In this document: piece by piece, positions 13,337-25,498 of the stretch
How positions within the stretch are numbered: the stretch's first letter is position 1
How the letters are laid out: every line of letters begins with the position of its first letter
DNA from: Octopus bimaculoides
Taxonomy: Eukaryota
Length of the DNA: 56,538 nt
Reading direction: 5' to 3'
Assembly (NCBI RefSeq): GCF_001194135.2
Contig: NC_068991.1
Location: 24,662,848 to 24,719,385 of the forward strand
Notes under the pieces: model-generated
Told to the model about the DNA's origin: nothing
The model's database searches: none
Seen by the model: only the letters and a program-made list of their open reading frames with translations
Translations under genes and position numbers: made by a program

Positions 13337-15135
13337 TTAAAAAAAGCTCCAGGGATACTTGTACCAGCGGACAAAACAAGTAGTGTTTACACTGTTGATA
13401 CTGATCTATATAAGTCTATGATTAGGAAGGAATTATGCAGCAAATATAGACATGCTAGTAATGACATATTAAAAAGAATTAAAAATACAGGGCTACAAAT
13501 CGTCAGAGATCTAACCATAGCTGATAGAACAGAACCTTATGTCCCCCTGAAAACTCCGGATTTTGCTTAAGAACCATAAACCTAACTTTCTTATTGACCC
13601 CTCAGTTAGACTGATTTGTCATTCTAAATCCAATATAGGCATTATTAGTAAAAATATCATTGACAGTGTAATACCTGTCCGTAAGTCTAAAATTAGATTA
13701 GCCCTCTGGTCTGATACCCAAGAGGTGATTGGATAGTTCAAGCTTCTAGAAATTAGTAAGACTAGTAAATTCTTGCAACTTGATATAGAGAGCTACTATG
13801 TCACTATCAACCCAATCGTTCTCAATCAAGCCCTGATTTTTAGCATGAAAAATTTCGATTTGTCCCGATGTGAAATAGATATTATTCTTTCTGTGCAAGC
13901 CACTCTAGTAGATTTTGATGGTACATTATGTATAGGGAAAATGCATTTGATATAGCAATGGGCTCACATGGTTGTGCTCAGGCCAGTAACCTAGTCAGAA
14001 TATATATCCTTTCATTAATCCAGTCTTCTTTTCCGGAAGTAACAGGGAGTCTATACAAGGATTTTTTTCTAGACAGAAGTAGTAAAGAACAGTTAGAAAG
14101 GAATAGGAAAAATTCCTTTAGACTTTTCAAAAGTTTTGGACTAAACATTACTATAGGTAAAGATTATCGCAGAATGAATTTTCTTGATGCTACCTTCTGT
14201 CTTGATACTGGATTATTTGAACCATTTCATAAACTGAATGATCAGATTAAGTACATTAACATAGCATCCAACCATCCACCCTCAATTATACAGGGACTAG
14301 TTAAGAATATTCCTACTAGAATCTCTAGATCATGTGCTAACAGTAAAATTTTCGAATATCATGCATCATATTATAATGATGCTCTAGCTAAGGCTGGGTA
14401 CCGTGATAAAATCTAATATATACAAGATGCAGGCATAAGAAACACTGGTAATTCCTACAACTGCGATGTACATCACATATCACCACAACGTTACCATTTG
14501 AGAAATCGCTTGGATAAAGAATACAGGCCAGAAAGAATTGGTCATGTCAATGAACTACCTAAGAAAACCCATAGACACATGCGACATAGTAATTCAACTG
14601 CTTGTTCCAATCCTGTAAAAAAACACTCAATCAAATAAACCTAACAACAGATATAGGAATCAGGAGGTCCTCTGGTTCAACCCAATTTTTGGTTTGCATG
14701 TTTCAACCAGGATCGCTAGAAAATTTATTGCTGCTTTGGGCAAGTGTTTTCCTAAATCTAATCAGTATCATGCTATTTTTAATCGACACACCATGAAGGT
14801 ATCCTACGCCAACTCTGCTAATTTAGAGCAGCTTATGCATTGCATAAACAATAGCAAAATGTGGCAAAAGTTCAATAACCCACCTACTGGATCTAGCAAA
14901 TAATTTGCATTAAAATACCAACCAAGGAGATGTAAACCGCATTGATTATCATCAACTTCAACCAATTTGTAGTAGTATAAATACTCATGGTACAGCTAGC
15001 ACGATAACAGCGCTGGTAAACAGAGTCGAGACTGCTTTATATACAAATAAATATGATAAATGCTCATGCAGAGATAAATCAAAATGTCCTTTGATGAATC
15101 TCTGTATAAGTACAAATCTTGCATATAAATGCACA
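13337..15135 (+). mobile_element. Penelope-like retroelement RT-thumb-linker fragment (frameshifted, no GIY-YIG domain)
   Basis: Motifs ILVPADKT, LKNHKPNF..P.VRLI, KFLQLDIESYY, MGS, NFLDATF, YINIASNHPPSII, WFNP, IFNRHTMKVSY and CSCRDKSKCPL appear in the order typical of PLE ORFs. Confidence 0.85.
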
Positions 15136-15169
15136 CACATATATACATATATATACACATATATATATA

Positions 15170-15699
15170 CTAGACTACCCATGGCCCATTGGGTCAGAGG
15201 GAAAGTCTGAGTTTCCCAACAATGGAATTTTGTTTCGTGTTTTTTTTTTTCTTTTCCAGGTTATTTTGCATGCTTTCAATGAATGGGACATCGAAATCAT
15301 GCGTAAATAGCACCTAACCCCAGAAAAGGAAAGATTTGGCTGCTATTTCTTGCATGCTCTGCTACCACTTAACTGGTATTTTGGGTCCTTTATCGCAAAT
15401 AGCAGTTATGTGGTAGCAGGGTGTGCTAGAAATAGCAGCCAGATCTTTGGAAGTGAGATACATTGAATGCACTCGAAAAATACTTATGGAAAAAAATTAT
15501 TTCACACCAAAGATATGAACGGGTCTTTTACAAAATATTTACGCAAAAAAAAAATTTTATTTTATTCACTTGAAAATCATAGATCTAGTAAGTTCTTTAA
15601 ATTGGGTGGGGAGATTTAAAAAAAAATTCCTTGTTAACTTTTCTGGAGTGCGTACTACACACGCACACACACACACACCCTTTGTTTTATATATACAGA
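15170..15699 (-). mobile_element. Short non-autonomous Helitron (about 530 bp)
   Basis: Minus strand: a|TCTGTATATATAAAA 5' end at 15699 followed by (GT)n. Decayed hairpin (plus-strand cccatggcccattggg, 15178-15193) then CTAG|t at 15170. A|T target site, no TSD. Confidence 0.65.
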
Positions 15700-16037
15700 T
15701 TATCATATTCCCAAGAGGTGCACTTAACTTTGGTAATTTTCTTGATAAAATATTCTTCAGTTTTTGTTTAGAGTAAATGTTGTATTGTAGCCCTTATACC
15801 TATATGTTATTGTATAACATATTCATGAACATTTTTACATCACATCAAATATTTCAAAAGTAAAACATTTTGTTTTTGCAATCTTTGCAGAATTATACCA
15901 CAACCCCGTTTGGGTTGTGATCCATAGATTGGTAACAGTAGGCGAAAGAAGCTTCTTCATTAACTTATACTGGCTGTTGATATCCACTTGTGCTGTTGAT
16001 ATCCATCTGTGCTGTTGACACCCACTATCAACTATGC

Positions 16038-16086
16038 CTGTGTCAACATGAACAAGTCTATGCATTTCTGAGGAGAACCAATAAAA
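16038..16086 (-). CDS. Candidate coding exon, 49 nt (FYWFSSEMHRLVHVDT), requiring a non-canonical GC donor
   Basis: Acceptor atatgtttcag| in phase 0. The exit ACAG|gcatag is inferred only from phase compatibility with the exon at 8196. The frame actually stays open to 15835. Confidence 0.3.
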
Positions 16087-16629
16087 CTGAAACATATGCA
16101 GATTTGTCTCCCCTACTGTAAAGATTTAAATAATATTAGTCACTAAGCTAATGTTGTCCTTTCTTCACTGCATAAAAGTTTCTAATTATATTTTCTATAT
16201 TAACTACAACAAAATATAATTAAATAACTTATATCAATATTCTAATTCTGTTCTATCAAAATATACAGACTATATCTGTCTAGTTCTCATGTTCTTATCA
16301 TGTCTAGACAGTTGACTTTTCTTGTATATGTATAACCAATCAATATCTAGAAGTTCAGTTTTAGCAGGACACATGTTTTCTGCATATGTAATAAACTCAG
16401 ATAAACTTGTTTTTCTCATTATAAATAAATATTTATTTATGTTACAAAACATTGAATTTCTTTTTTCCATTTTGGTCCTAACACTATTAATTCATCTGTC
16501 GCTTACTTAGAAGACTTTGGTTATATTAAGAATGAATATATGTTTGTCACTAGCTGCAAGACGTTTAACCACATCAACATTATCCACCTCATTAAAATAA
16601 TAATAAAATGTTTATGATAGAAAGTTAGA

Positions 16630-17048
16630 AAGTTTGGACACGTAGCTTGGCTTCCGAAGACCTGTTGGGGCAAGCGAAAGCGAAATCGTGATGGCACCTG
16701 TGCCCAGCGTCGCCTTCCTGGCACTTGTGCCGGTGGCACGTGTAAAGACATTCGAACGAGTTCGTTGCCAGTGCCGCTGGACTGGCTCCTGTGCAGGTGG
16801 CATGTAAAATACACCATTTTGAGTGTGGCCATTGCCAGTACCGCTTGACTGGCCTTCGTGCCGGTGGTATGTAAAAGCAACCACTACGCTCTCGGAGTGG
16901 TTGGCGTCAGGAAGGGCATCCAGCTGTAGAAACTCTGCCAAATCTGATTGGAGCCTGGTGTAGCCATCTGGTTCACCAGTCCTCAGTTAAATCGTCTAAC
17001 CCATGCTAGCATGGAAAGCGAACGTTAAACGATGATGATGATGATGAT
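16630..17048 (+). mobile_element. Young 5'-truncated RTE copy: 3'UTR with tandem subunits and (GAT)n tail
   Basis: CpG-rich; ends ccaacccatgctagcatggaaagcgaacgttaaac-(gat)n-like; homologous to 1116-1530. Confidence 0.8.
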
Positions 17049-17310
17049 AAATTTCATGGAATTCTAAGCTTTTAATGGCTGTGGGTGATAACAGATAACA
17101 GAGGGGAAAAAATATATAAAGAGTATCTTGACCCTTTTGAGATCATCCAGCCTAATTCTATGATACTCTTGGTTCTATGATACAAGCTTCTTGTTTTTAA
17201 GGTTTTCTAAATTAAAACCTGCCACCAAAATTTCATCTTAATTAATGCACCAAGCACTAGCTTAACAATTAAAGCTATTTTACCAAATTATTCCAAATTA
17301 ATAGAAACAG

Positions 17311-17705
17311 AGGTAGAAGCATGATTGAGGTTAAAAAGTTTGCTTCCCAACTACATGGTTTCAGGTTCAGTCTCATTGCATGGTACTTAGGACAAATTGT
17401 CTCCTACCATAGCCCTGGGTGGACCAAAGCATTGTGAGTAAACAGAAACTGAAACAAGCCTCTCTGCATGTGTGTGTGTGTGTGTGTGCATACATGTACA
17501 TGTATGCACATGGGTAGGTTTGTGTATCAATGCATGTGTGTAACTGTATGCATGTGTGCCTGTATGCATACATGTGCATGCACATTGTGTGATAGTTATA
17601 AGCAAGTATCACCATTTCCAATTTTTCTTGAAAATGTATCAGGTTATAAGGAAATATTGCCTTTAGGAATTCTGTCTGTGATGATGGTGATGATGATGAT
17701 GATGA
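17311..17705 (+). mobile_element. Degenerate tRNA-derived SINE, RTE-tailed variant
   Basis: Head ...aagtttgcttcccaactacatggtttcaggttcagtctc, core, (TG)n and (GAT)n end. Confidence 0.6.
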
Positions 17706-17809
17706 GAGGTAGTGTATTTCAACAGAATTATGGTAAATAAAAAAAACAGGTTAAATGATACAATTAGATAATGCTTTCAGTCATGTATGTTGAGGGACAA
17801 TTCTTTTAA

Positions 17810-18025
17810 CCCCTTAGCATTCAGATTACTCAAATGTAATGATTATTTATTCACATTGTTTTGAATTAATCATGGATTATCTTATTACTTATAGATTTCA
17901 ATGATGTGGCTGCTTCTTTTTAGAATGACATTGTAGGATAGGTGTGAGAAGCCAGATTTGGCCAGTTTGAACATAAAACACGTAAAATACTTGGGCTGGA
18001 TGTGGCTGGTTTAGATGCTAAAGAG
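17810..18025. mobile_element. piggyBac-type MITE
   Basis: TTAA|ccccttagcatt ... gatgctaaagag|TTAA: TTAA on both sides with imperfect 12-bp TIRs. A related decayed copy lies at about 40770-41010. Confidence 0.75.
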
Positions 18026-18168
18026 TTAAACCAGCATAACTGAAGGATTCCAGGAAAAGAAAAGATATTAACTGTCATTTCATATCACACTCCGCAGAAA
18101 AAAACAAAACCAATTCATGTTTCCGGGCTTTACCACTGAACATTCACTGCAATGTAATCTTAAAATAC

Positions 18169-18255
18169 CAATGGTTGAAAGAGATGTATCAACTCAGATG
18201 CAAGAACATTAGTCCTTTCTAGATTATTCAACACCTTAACTAAACTGGATAAATT
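18169..18255 (-). CDS. Candidate coding exon, 87 nt (NLSSLVKVLNNLERTNVLASELIHLFQPL)
   Basis: Acceptor tttgtttactccaatggtag| and donor TTG|gtattt. Phase 0-0; amphipathic helix-like peptide. Confidence 0.5.
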
Positions 18256-19870
18256 CTACCATTGGAGTAAACAAAATTGTTCCAATTATTTCAAGCATTT
18301 TACAGAATTTTATCTACAGCTGAGAGTAACATATAATGTATATTTTCACAAGTCTATGTTTACTGTTATGGTTATAGGAATGAAACCTATAGAAGCCTTA
18401 TTATATAAAGGGAATTTCATTCCACTATATTTAACCAAAAGCTATATCTTTCTTTCTATTATATTAATAGACAGTCCTATATATAAATCTATTCACCAAT
18501 GAACCAGCATATTCAATTTTACATTCTTTACCTACAAGTCTCCCATCTCTTTCTCAAGTTCACCGTTGCCTACATCACCCCACTCCCAAGCACACGTTTA
18601 ATCTCAATAACTTTCTCTTAGTAGCAATAGTTTATCTTATCTAGATCAAGTGTTATGTGATATAAAGACTAATATTTATGCTGTTTCCTTAATGGTATGA
18701 AGATAATACAGCACTACAGAGGATGTAACAGTGTGGGTTGACAAGAGGCTGGATGTAACTATTAACAACTTAATGCCTGACTTAAGGAGATTATCTGTGG
18801 AAGTTGAAAACCTCAAAGATATGCACGTTCTTCATAAACCACATACAGTGATACATCACAACTTACAAACATACACACACACGTAAATGATAATTTACAC
18901 ATAAATAGATACACAGATGTTCATATAGATAGATAAACAGAAAATATATGTCTGTATGATCATGCTATTATTTATTTAGACATTTCCGTTGCAAAAGAAT
19001 AAGAACGCCAATGCTAGTAAAATGATAAGGAACATTTGTGAAAGTTCTAAGGTTTAAACAATGTATGCATATATTTATGTGACTAGGCACACGTTCAACA
19101 TATTCATACATACAGACACATTTCACACACACAGATATATGTACATGTATATTTATTTACAATTTTACTCACTCACATATCTACATGCACATGTGCATGT
19201 CATGTAATTTATACGCATTATAAAAATTAGTAAAGCTGTAAGATATTCTCTCTTCACACGTACAAGCAGCCATGAGGTTAAGGAGATCTCCTCACGACTA
19301 CATAGTTCCAGGCTTGATGTGTGGTACTCAGAGCAACAATCTTCTATTATAGTGCCAGGTTGATAAATACCTTAAGAGTAAAATTTAGTAGATGGAAACT
19401 GTGTGGAAGCCTGTCTCATATATATATCAGCATTACCATTATAATTTTATGTTCACTTTACATGTTGGCATGAATTTGAATTGTGTGTATGTATACATAA
19501 TTAGTTGTATTTCTTGGTGAAAAAAATCAAAGAGTTGGGATGAATATAGTAATGATGTGCAATAAAGTTTAATGACAATCATACTTACAAATAAATGTCA
19601 TGACTCAGGCATTTGAATAAAAGTAATAGATTCTTGCTTATCAGATGAGGTAATTGTAAATCTAAGCCAAACTCAGATCTATAATGTACCCATCTGATCA
19701 GTGTGAAACTATTACCTTATTATTACTATATAACTATATTGTGTATGTGCACATACATGTTTCTGTGTTAGTATATACAAGTGAAAACAGAAGCATGGAG
19801 TTGAGTTAAACACAGAGCGTTTCATAAAGCGAGATTTATATATCTTAAATTTGCAGAGGAATTTGTAGTG

Positions 19871-19944
19871 GGTAGTCTAGCTTAATCGGTCAAAGCATCG
19901 TGACATGTAATCACGGGGATGTGAGTTCGAGTCCACAGCTAGCC
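19871..19944 (+). tRNA. tRNA-Thr(TGT)-like pseudogene or SINE head
   Basis: D arm tagcttaatcggtcaaagc, anticodon stem cgtga/tcacg with 7-nt loop caTGTaa, B box gttcgagtc. U33 is replaced by A, the T stem has a deletion and the acceptor stem pairs only 5 of 7, so it is probably non-functional. Confidence 0.6.
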
Positions 19945-20704
19945 ACCTACACTTTTCTCTGCAAAATAGGGATAGTTTATCTGTTCAGGCTATATTATTA
20001 GCATTATTCTGCGATTGAGAATTTAAAATCACTTCTTTAACTTTCTAAGACATCTCAACGCTTCTAAAAGCAAACTTCGTTTGTTTATTTACGTTTGTCG
20101 TAATTTAAATTTAACATAAGAGATAAATAAATTCTTTCTTTGGTGGCCATAAGGATCAATAAAATAAATATCAGTCTAAAATATATACAGGAGTAGGTAT
20201 GATCAACAAAAACTCAGCATTTCAACACAGCTACAGTACACTACCTTGAAACCAGTTAAAGAATAAAAGAATAAAATTAAAGAACATAAAATGAAAGAAC
20301 ATGCTTAAATGTTGATAAACATTATAATACCGATAGACATACACACATTACTCAAGAAACACAGTACAGATTTCATGCACTGAACAATTTAGTTCAAGTG
20401 GACAATTTATGATTTAATACTGTTCAGAATAACAACATTTATACACCATGAGATATATTGTTTCAGTTTTTATAACTACTTAGAAATATGTTCATATGAA
20501 GTATAAAATGCAATGGGTGAATGCAAACTAAAGTTTTATTCAATAGGGATGAAATTAAAATGACAAGCTTCCTCAAGTGCAATATTTTGTGTTTTTTATT
20601 TGAACAAAGCTTTATTATAAAGAAACATATATGTACACATACACAATATAGTTATATAGCAATAATAAGGTAATAATTTTATAGTCATGTAATACAATAT
20701 CATT

Positions 20705-21125
20705 ACCACTACCACCACCACCATTATCATTTATGTCCACTTTTCATTGTTTGTATGGGTTGGACAGAATTTGGTGAGGCAAATTTTCTACAACCAGATG
20801 CCCTTCCTGTTGCCAACTTTCACCCATTTCATTTCGCATGACCAGGCACGTTTTCACAGAAGATTGGAAAAGAAGGGCACCACTTGCATGATGGTGACAC
20901 TTGCTTACAGCTATTACATCAGGACAAGGCAAAGAGACAGTAACACACGCGCGCGCCCACACAACAGTTTTCTTTCAGTTTCAGTCAACTAAATTCACTC
21001 ACAAGACCTTTGTCATCCCAATGCTATAGTGGAAAACACTTGCCCAAGGTATCATGCAGTGGGACTGAACATGAGACCATGATGCTGGGAAGCAAACTTC
21101 TTACCATACAGCCACAACTGTACCT
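20705..21125 (-). mobile_element. tRNA-derived SINE, RTE-tailed variant
   Basis: Reverse complement of the head and core at 20960-21125; RTE tail with ccagatgcccttcc at 20720-20830. Confidence 0.75.
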
Positions 21126-21851
21126 ACTAATAATACCAAAATCATGATCTTTATTATTACCAACATCACGACCACTTTTCCTTGATCCTTTTTACAAATC
21201 AGAATTGATTTTATCCTATTTTTAACTTAGACTCTTCTTTAAGGCTGTAGTAAGAATTTACATATTTTGGATACTCTATCCAACACTAATTATTTTAACT
21301 AATAACATAAATCACCTTAAAAAATAACCACCCAGTGTGGATCCAAGATAGTAATTAAAATAACCTAATTTTGTTATTAAAGTTTATACAGAATATAAAT
21401 CTTGTCATAGCCTTTCTAAATTCATCTTATATTACTTTAATCTTGCTGAGTTAATTACAAATTATATTTATAGCGGCAATTTCTTTTTTATCATCAAAGA
21501 TACATTACTATTGCTAATAGCAAACTATATTTTACCTGAATTTGATAGGTTAGAATGAAAATGAAACAAGGAAGTACCTGGATTGTTAGAAGTATCTGGT
21601 GGAGTATGAGGAAAAGGAAAAGCAGGGAAAAGGAATTGTATGATGTATGCTGAGAGAAAAAAGCATTGTAAGTAGTTGGTTGTGGGTAAATTAGCAGCAG
21701 ATCAAAGAAGAAATGAAACAAAATAGTGGGACCCATTTCAGAGAACTTAACATTCACAGCATAATTGGGCGAGTAGGGACAGAAATAACCGGAGGGTGGG
21801 AGGGAGGGAGGGAGGGGTGTGTGTCTGTGTGTGTGAATACACAAGTGTAAA

Positions 21852-22140
21852 CAGGAAGCAATTGAAGTGGACCGCTAAGGTTTTGTGGGGCATTCATTAT
21901 GCAAAGCTCTGACCGGGTTTGGAGTTACTGCTACAACGAAGAAGAGGGCTATAAATTCCATCCCTGAAGTTGCAGGGAAGGCCACCAGGTGACTTTGGAT
22001 AAAGGGAACAGACCAGTGGTTTGCTGCTACTGGGATGCAAGCTGAGATTTGATGAATCCTGGCAGATTCAGCTGGGTGAAGAGGTTTGATGTTGAAGACC
22101 TGAAAACCCCCAAGACCCCAGAAACATCCCAGAGCATTTG
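21852..22140 (+). mobile_element. HERO-like (restriction-like endonuclease clade) LINE 3' fragment
   Basis: 21852-22052 translates as EAIEVDR*GFVGHSLCKALTGFGVT..KKRAINSI.EVAGKATR*LWIK..DQW, matching my recollection of the HERO C-terminus (IEVGCRGF...EAAEKATRWLWIK..DPW). Followed by a GC-rich 3'UTR. Confidence 0.75.
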
Positions 22141-23079
22141 CAAGAAGTATTACACACACACACACACACATGCATACACCTGCACATGCATACACATACA
22201 CATATGTATACATGACATGCTTCCTTCAGTTTCCATCTACCAAATCCACTCTTCTGTTAGTAGAGGGCATGTCCAAGATGGGTCTGAACTCAAAACGATG
22301 TGGTTGGTAAACATACTTGTTAACCACGGGCCAGTTTTTTAGCATTGAAATGCAATGATTTGATCCAATATATATAATTCAAGGTGCCTCTTTTTTTCTC
22401 AATTATCTTGTTTTGTTTTTTGTTTCCTTGGTTCTATTTTTTTTCATTCTCTCAATATCCTTTTGTATTTTGTATTCATTCTCTCAACATCCATTATGCA
22501 TTACCTTGCTGCAATGAAAATGTAAAGCTAGAGAATGTCAACAGCTAAAAAGATTCCAGGGTCACAACAAATGATCCCCTTAAAGTTTAGTGATAACAAT
22601 ATCAACCCTTAGAGTAATTGGGATACTATTGAAAATGTCCTATTCATGAAGGGATTCAAGGGAAAATACACTATACTGATTTTCTATTGCTTTCTGAAGG
22701 CCAACAGGAGGGTTTGAACTTGGTGTTATAAAGTAACCAAATATTTTTAATATAAACTATCAGAGTTATTGAGTCACTTACTCTTGTTCACAGCTGTAGG
22801 CTGCACCTATCTATTTGCAGCTTTTAGAGTCAAGTATCTTTCTTTCCCTAGAATCACACAAAGCATCTTCTGCATAGTCTATCATAATACCATTTACATC
22901 TTGGATGCTTTACAGAAGTATTAAATTATCATTAATACAACTTTATTTCATCAACTCCAGAAGAATGCAAGGCAAAATTGGCCTCTCTGTGATTTGAACT
23001 AAGAATGTAATGGATTGTAACTAAATATCATAAGCATGTTGACCAACTATCTAACAATTTTGCCCATCCAGATACTTAC

Positions 23080-23159
23080 CAAGTAAGGAAATGCAGAATC
23101 TTCAACCAGTAGTTCAGCACTAATTCTCAACATTCTCCAAAACAGTGTGTGAAATGAAA
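23080..23159 (-). CDS. Candidate coding exon, 80 nt (SFHTLFWRMLRISAELLVEDSAFPYL)
   Basis: Acceptor ccttatttgttcag| and consensus donor TTG|gtaagt. Single open frame; phase 1 in, phase 0 out. Confidence 0.6.
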
Positions 23160-23282
23160 CTGAACAAATAAGGAAGACCTTCCAAATAAAATAAGAATTT
23201 CTTTGAAACTAAAATAAGATAATTTATTAGTTTTTCAAATCAGGGCTAAATTCTGCTTTAAATATTTAAAAAAACAACTTAA

Positions 23283-23503
23283 CCCTTTCATTACCAACCA
23301 GGCCAAAACTGCCTCTGGCTCTGTAGTCCAAATGTCTTGTTTTCTTAAGTTTTGAATTAAAATCTTCCACCAAACCTGAGTCACAATTTATGTTCCTAAT
23401 ACTAGCTTAATGGTAACTAATTTATTTTACTAAATTCTTTGTTATATTTAAAATAATTGAAAGGAACACAGAGCATCTTAAAATAAATACGGTAACGAAA
23501 GGG
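23283..23503. mobile_element. piggyBac-type MITE, second family
   Basis: TTAA|ccctttcattacc ... ggtaacgaaaggg with 13-bp TIRs; right TTAA decayed. Related copies at about 23765-24000 and 17130-17300. Confidence 0.7.
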
Positions 23504-24128
23504 TGTTGCACCAAAGTCATTTAGGTTTTGGAACACCTCTAATGAAACACTTTTTTTTTTGTTTTGAAGTTTAAAATCAAATAGAGTTAAATAACTTAGT
23601 GATGTAATGAAGCACAAACAATGAAATATGAACTTGTGATTCATAAAACTTGTATGGTGTCCATGAGGTTATACATACCTCTTTCCAGATAATAACGACA
23701 AAGCAATATAATACAATGGAAGCCATGTTTTTAAAAAAATATTAGCTTGCAGCCAAAATAAGCCTTAACACTTTTGATACCAACCTGCCTGAGACTGCTT
23801 CTCATTCTATGATATAAATTTCTTGCTTTAAAGTGGTCTAAATTAAATCTTCCATCGAAATTTCATGTTAAGTTGCTCCAAACACCAGCTTAATAATGAC
23901 AAAATTATTTTACTAAATTCTTCACTATCTTAAAAATTAATTGAAACAAAGACAGTGAATTTCAAGAGAAATATTGTTAACAAAAGAGACTTTACCATTG
24001 CCAATAAGAAAGCTTTAATACAGCTGCATTACCTGCTTAAAATAGCAGCCAAATTTCCTTAAAATCACACCATGTTATCTTTTAAGTGGAAGGACAAATT
24101 AAACAATGCAGGCCAAGATATTCTAGAG

Positions 24129-24381
24129 CAGTGGTCCTCAAATGGGATCCATATGACCCTTGTGGGTTTATATAAGAGCTTGTCATTAAAATTTATGAGC
24201 AATAAATTGGTTATTCTTCTACAATACACAAAATATTTTAACAATCTTTTATACAATTCCTAATATTTAACTATAGAAATATAACAGAATTTTTTAAAGC
24301 ACCAAATGGCTATGGTGGGGGTCCAGCTGAGTAAAATAGGAATCAAAAGGGTCTATAGGTAAAAATGGTTGAGAGCCACTG
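24129..24381. mobile_element. hAT (Charlie-like) MITE
   Basis: TIRs cagtggtcctcaa / ttgagagccactg. The 8-bp flanks ttctagag and taatagag match at 6 of 8. Confidence 0.7.
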
Positions 24382-24422
24382 TAATAGAGAATAATAATAA
24401 TCAATACAGTGTTAGTATGAAT

Positions 24423-24649
24423 ACTCTTTTACTCTTTCATTTGTTTCAGTCATTTGACTGCGGCCATGCTGGAGCAGCGCCTTTGTAGTCGAGAAATTTG
24501 ACCCCAGGACTTATTCTTTGTAAGCCTAGTACTTATTCTATCAGTCTCTTTTTGCCAAACTGCTAAGTTACGGGGACGCAAACACACCAACATCGGACGT
24601 CAAGCGAAGCTGGGGAGACAAAAACAGACACAAACATATACACACACAT

Positions 24650-24716
<67 letters not shown>

Positions 24717-24880
24717 TACGACGGGCTTTTTTCAGTTTTCGTCTACCAAATCCACTTACAAGGCTTTGGTCGGCCCGAGGCTATAGTAGAAGACAGTTGC
24801 CCAAGGTGCCACGCAGTGGGACTGAACCCAGAACCATGTGGTTGGTAAGCAAGCTACTTACCACATAGCCACTCCTGCAC
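24423..24880 (-). mobile_element. Young full-length bipartite tRNA-derived SINE
   Basis: Near-identical reverse complement of 27763-28237; central microsatellite; (GAGTAAAA)n-type tail. Confidence 0.9.
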
Positions 24881-25282
24881 TGAATATGCAGAAAAGAAGG
24901 ACAGGATGGTCATTGCTTCAAAATTGCTGATGACAAGTATATTCAGCCAAGGCTGACATGGGACTAAACAAAACTAGACACTCCACCTGCCAGAAGTCTC
25001 TCTAATATACATAATAATTCCACAATGAACTAGCTGTAGACTGTGATAAGACTATAGTGAGTATACAAGTAATATCAGGAACTATTGTAGAAGAAGCAGA
25101 GATTCTCTAGCTAATAGGTTTTTGTGTGACAGTTAATTGACTGTAATGTATCTACAATCCAACAGGTTTCTCTGTATTTTCTTTATTTTTCTCGTTTTGC
25201 TTTGTTTTTAAACTTTTTTGTTGTTCATTTATTTGGCTTCTTTTCTGGATATTCTCACACAGCTATGAAAATATGTTTCTTT

Positions 25283-25331
<49 letters not shown>

Positions 25332-25369
25332 TACATGCAAGCACAAGAGAAAGACAAAGGAAGGGGAGA

Positions 25370-25452
25370 GACAGTGAGAGAGAGACAGTGAGAGAGAGAC
25401 AGAGTAGGTGAGAGAGAGAGAGAGAGAGAGAGAGAGTGTGTGTGAGAGAGAG

Positions 25453-25498
<46 letters not shown>

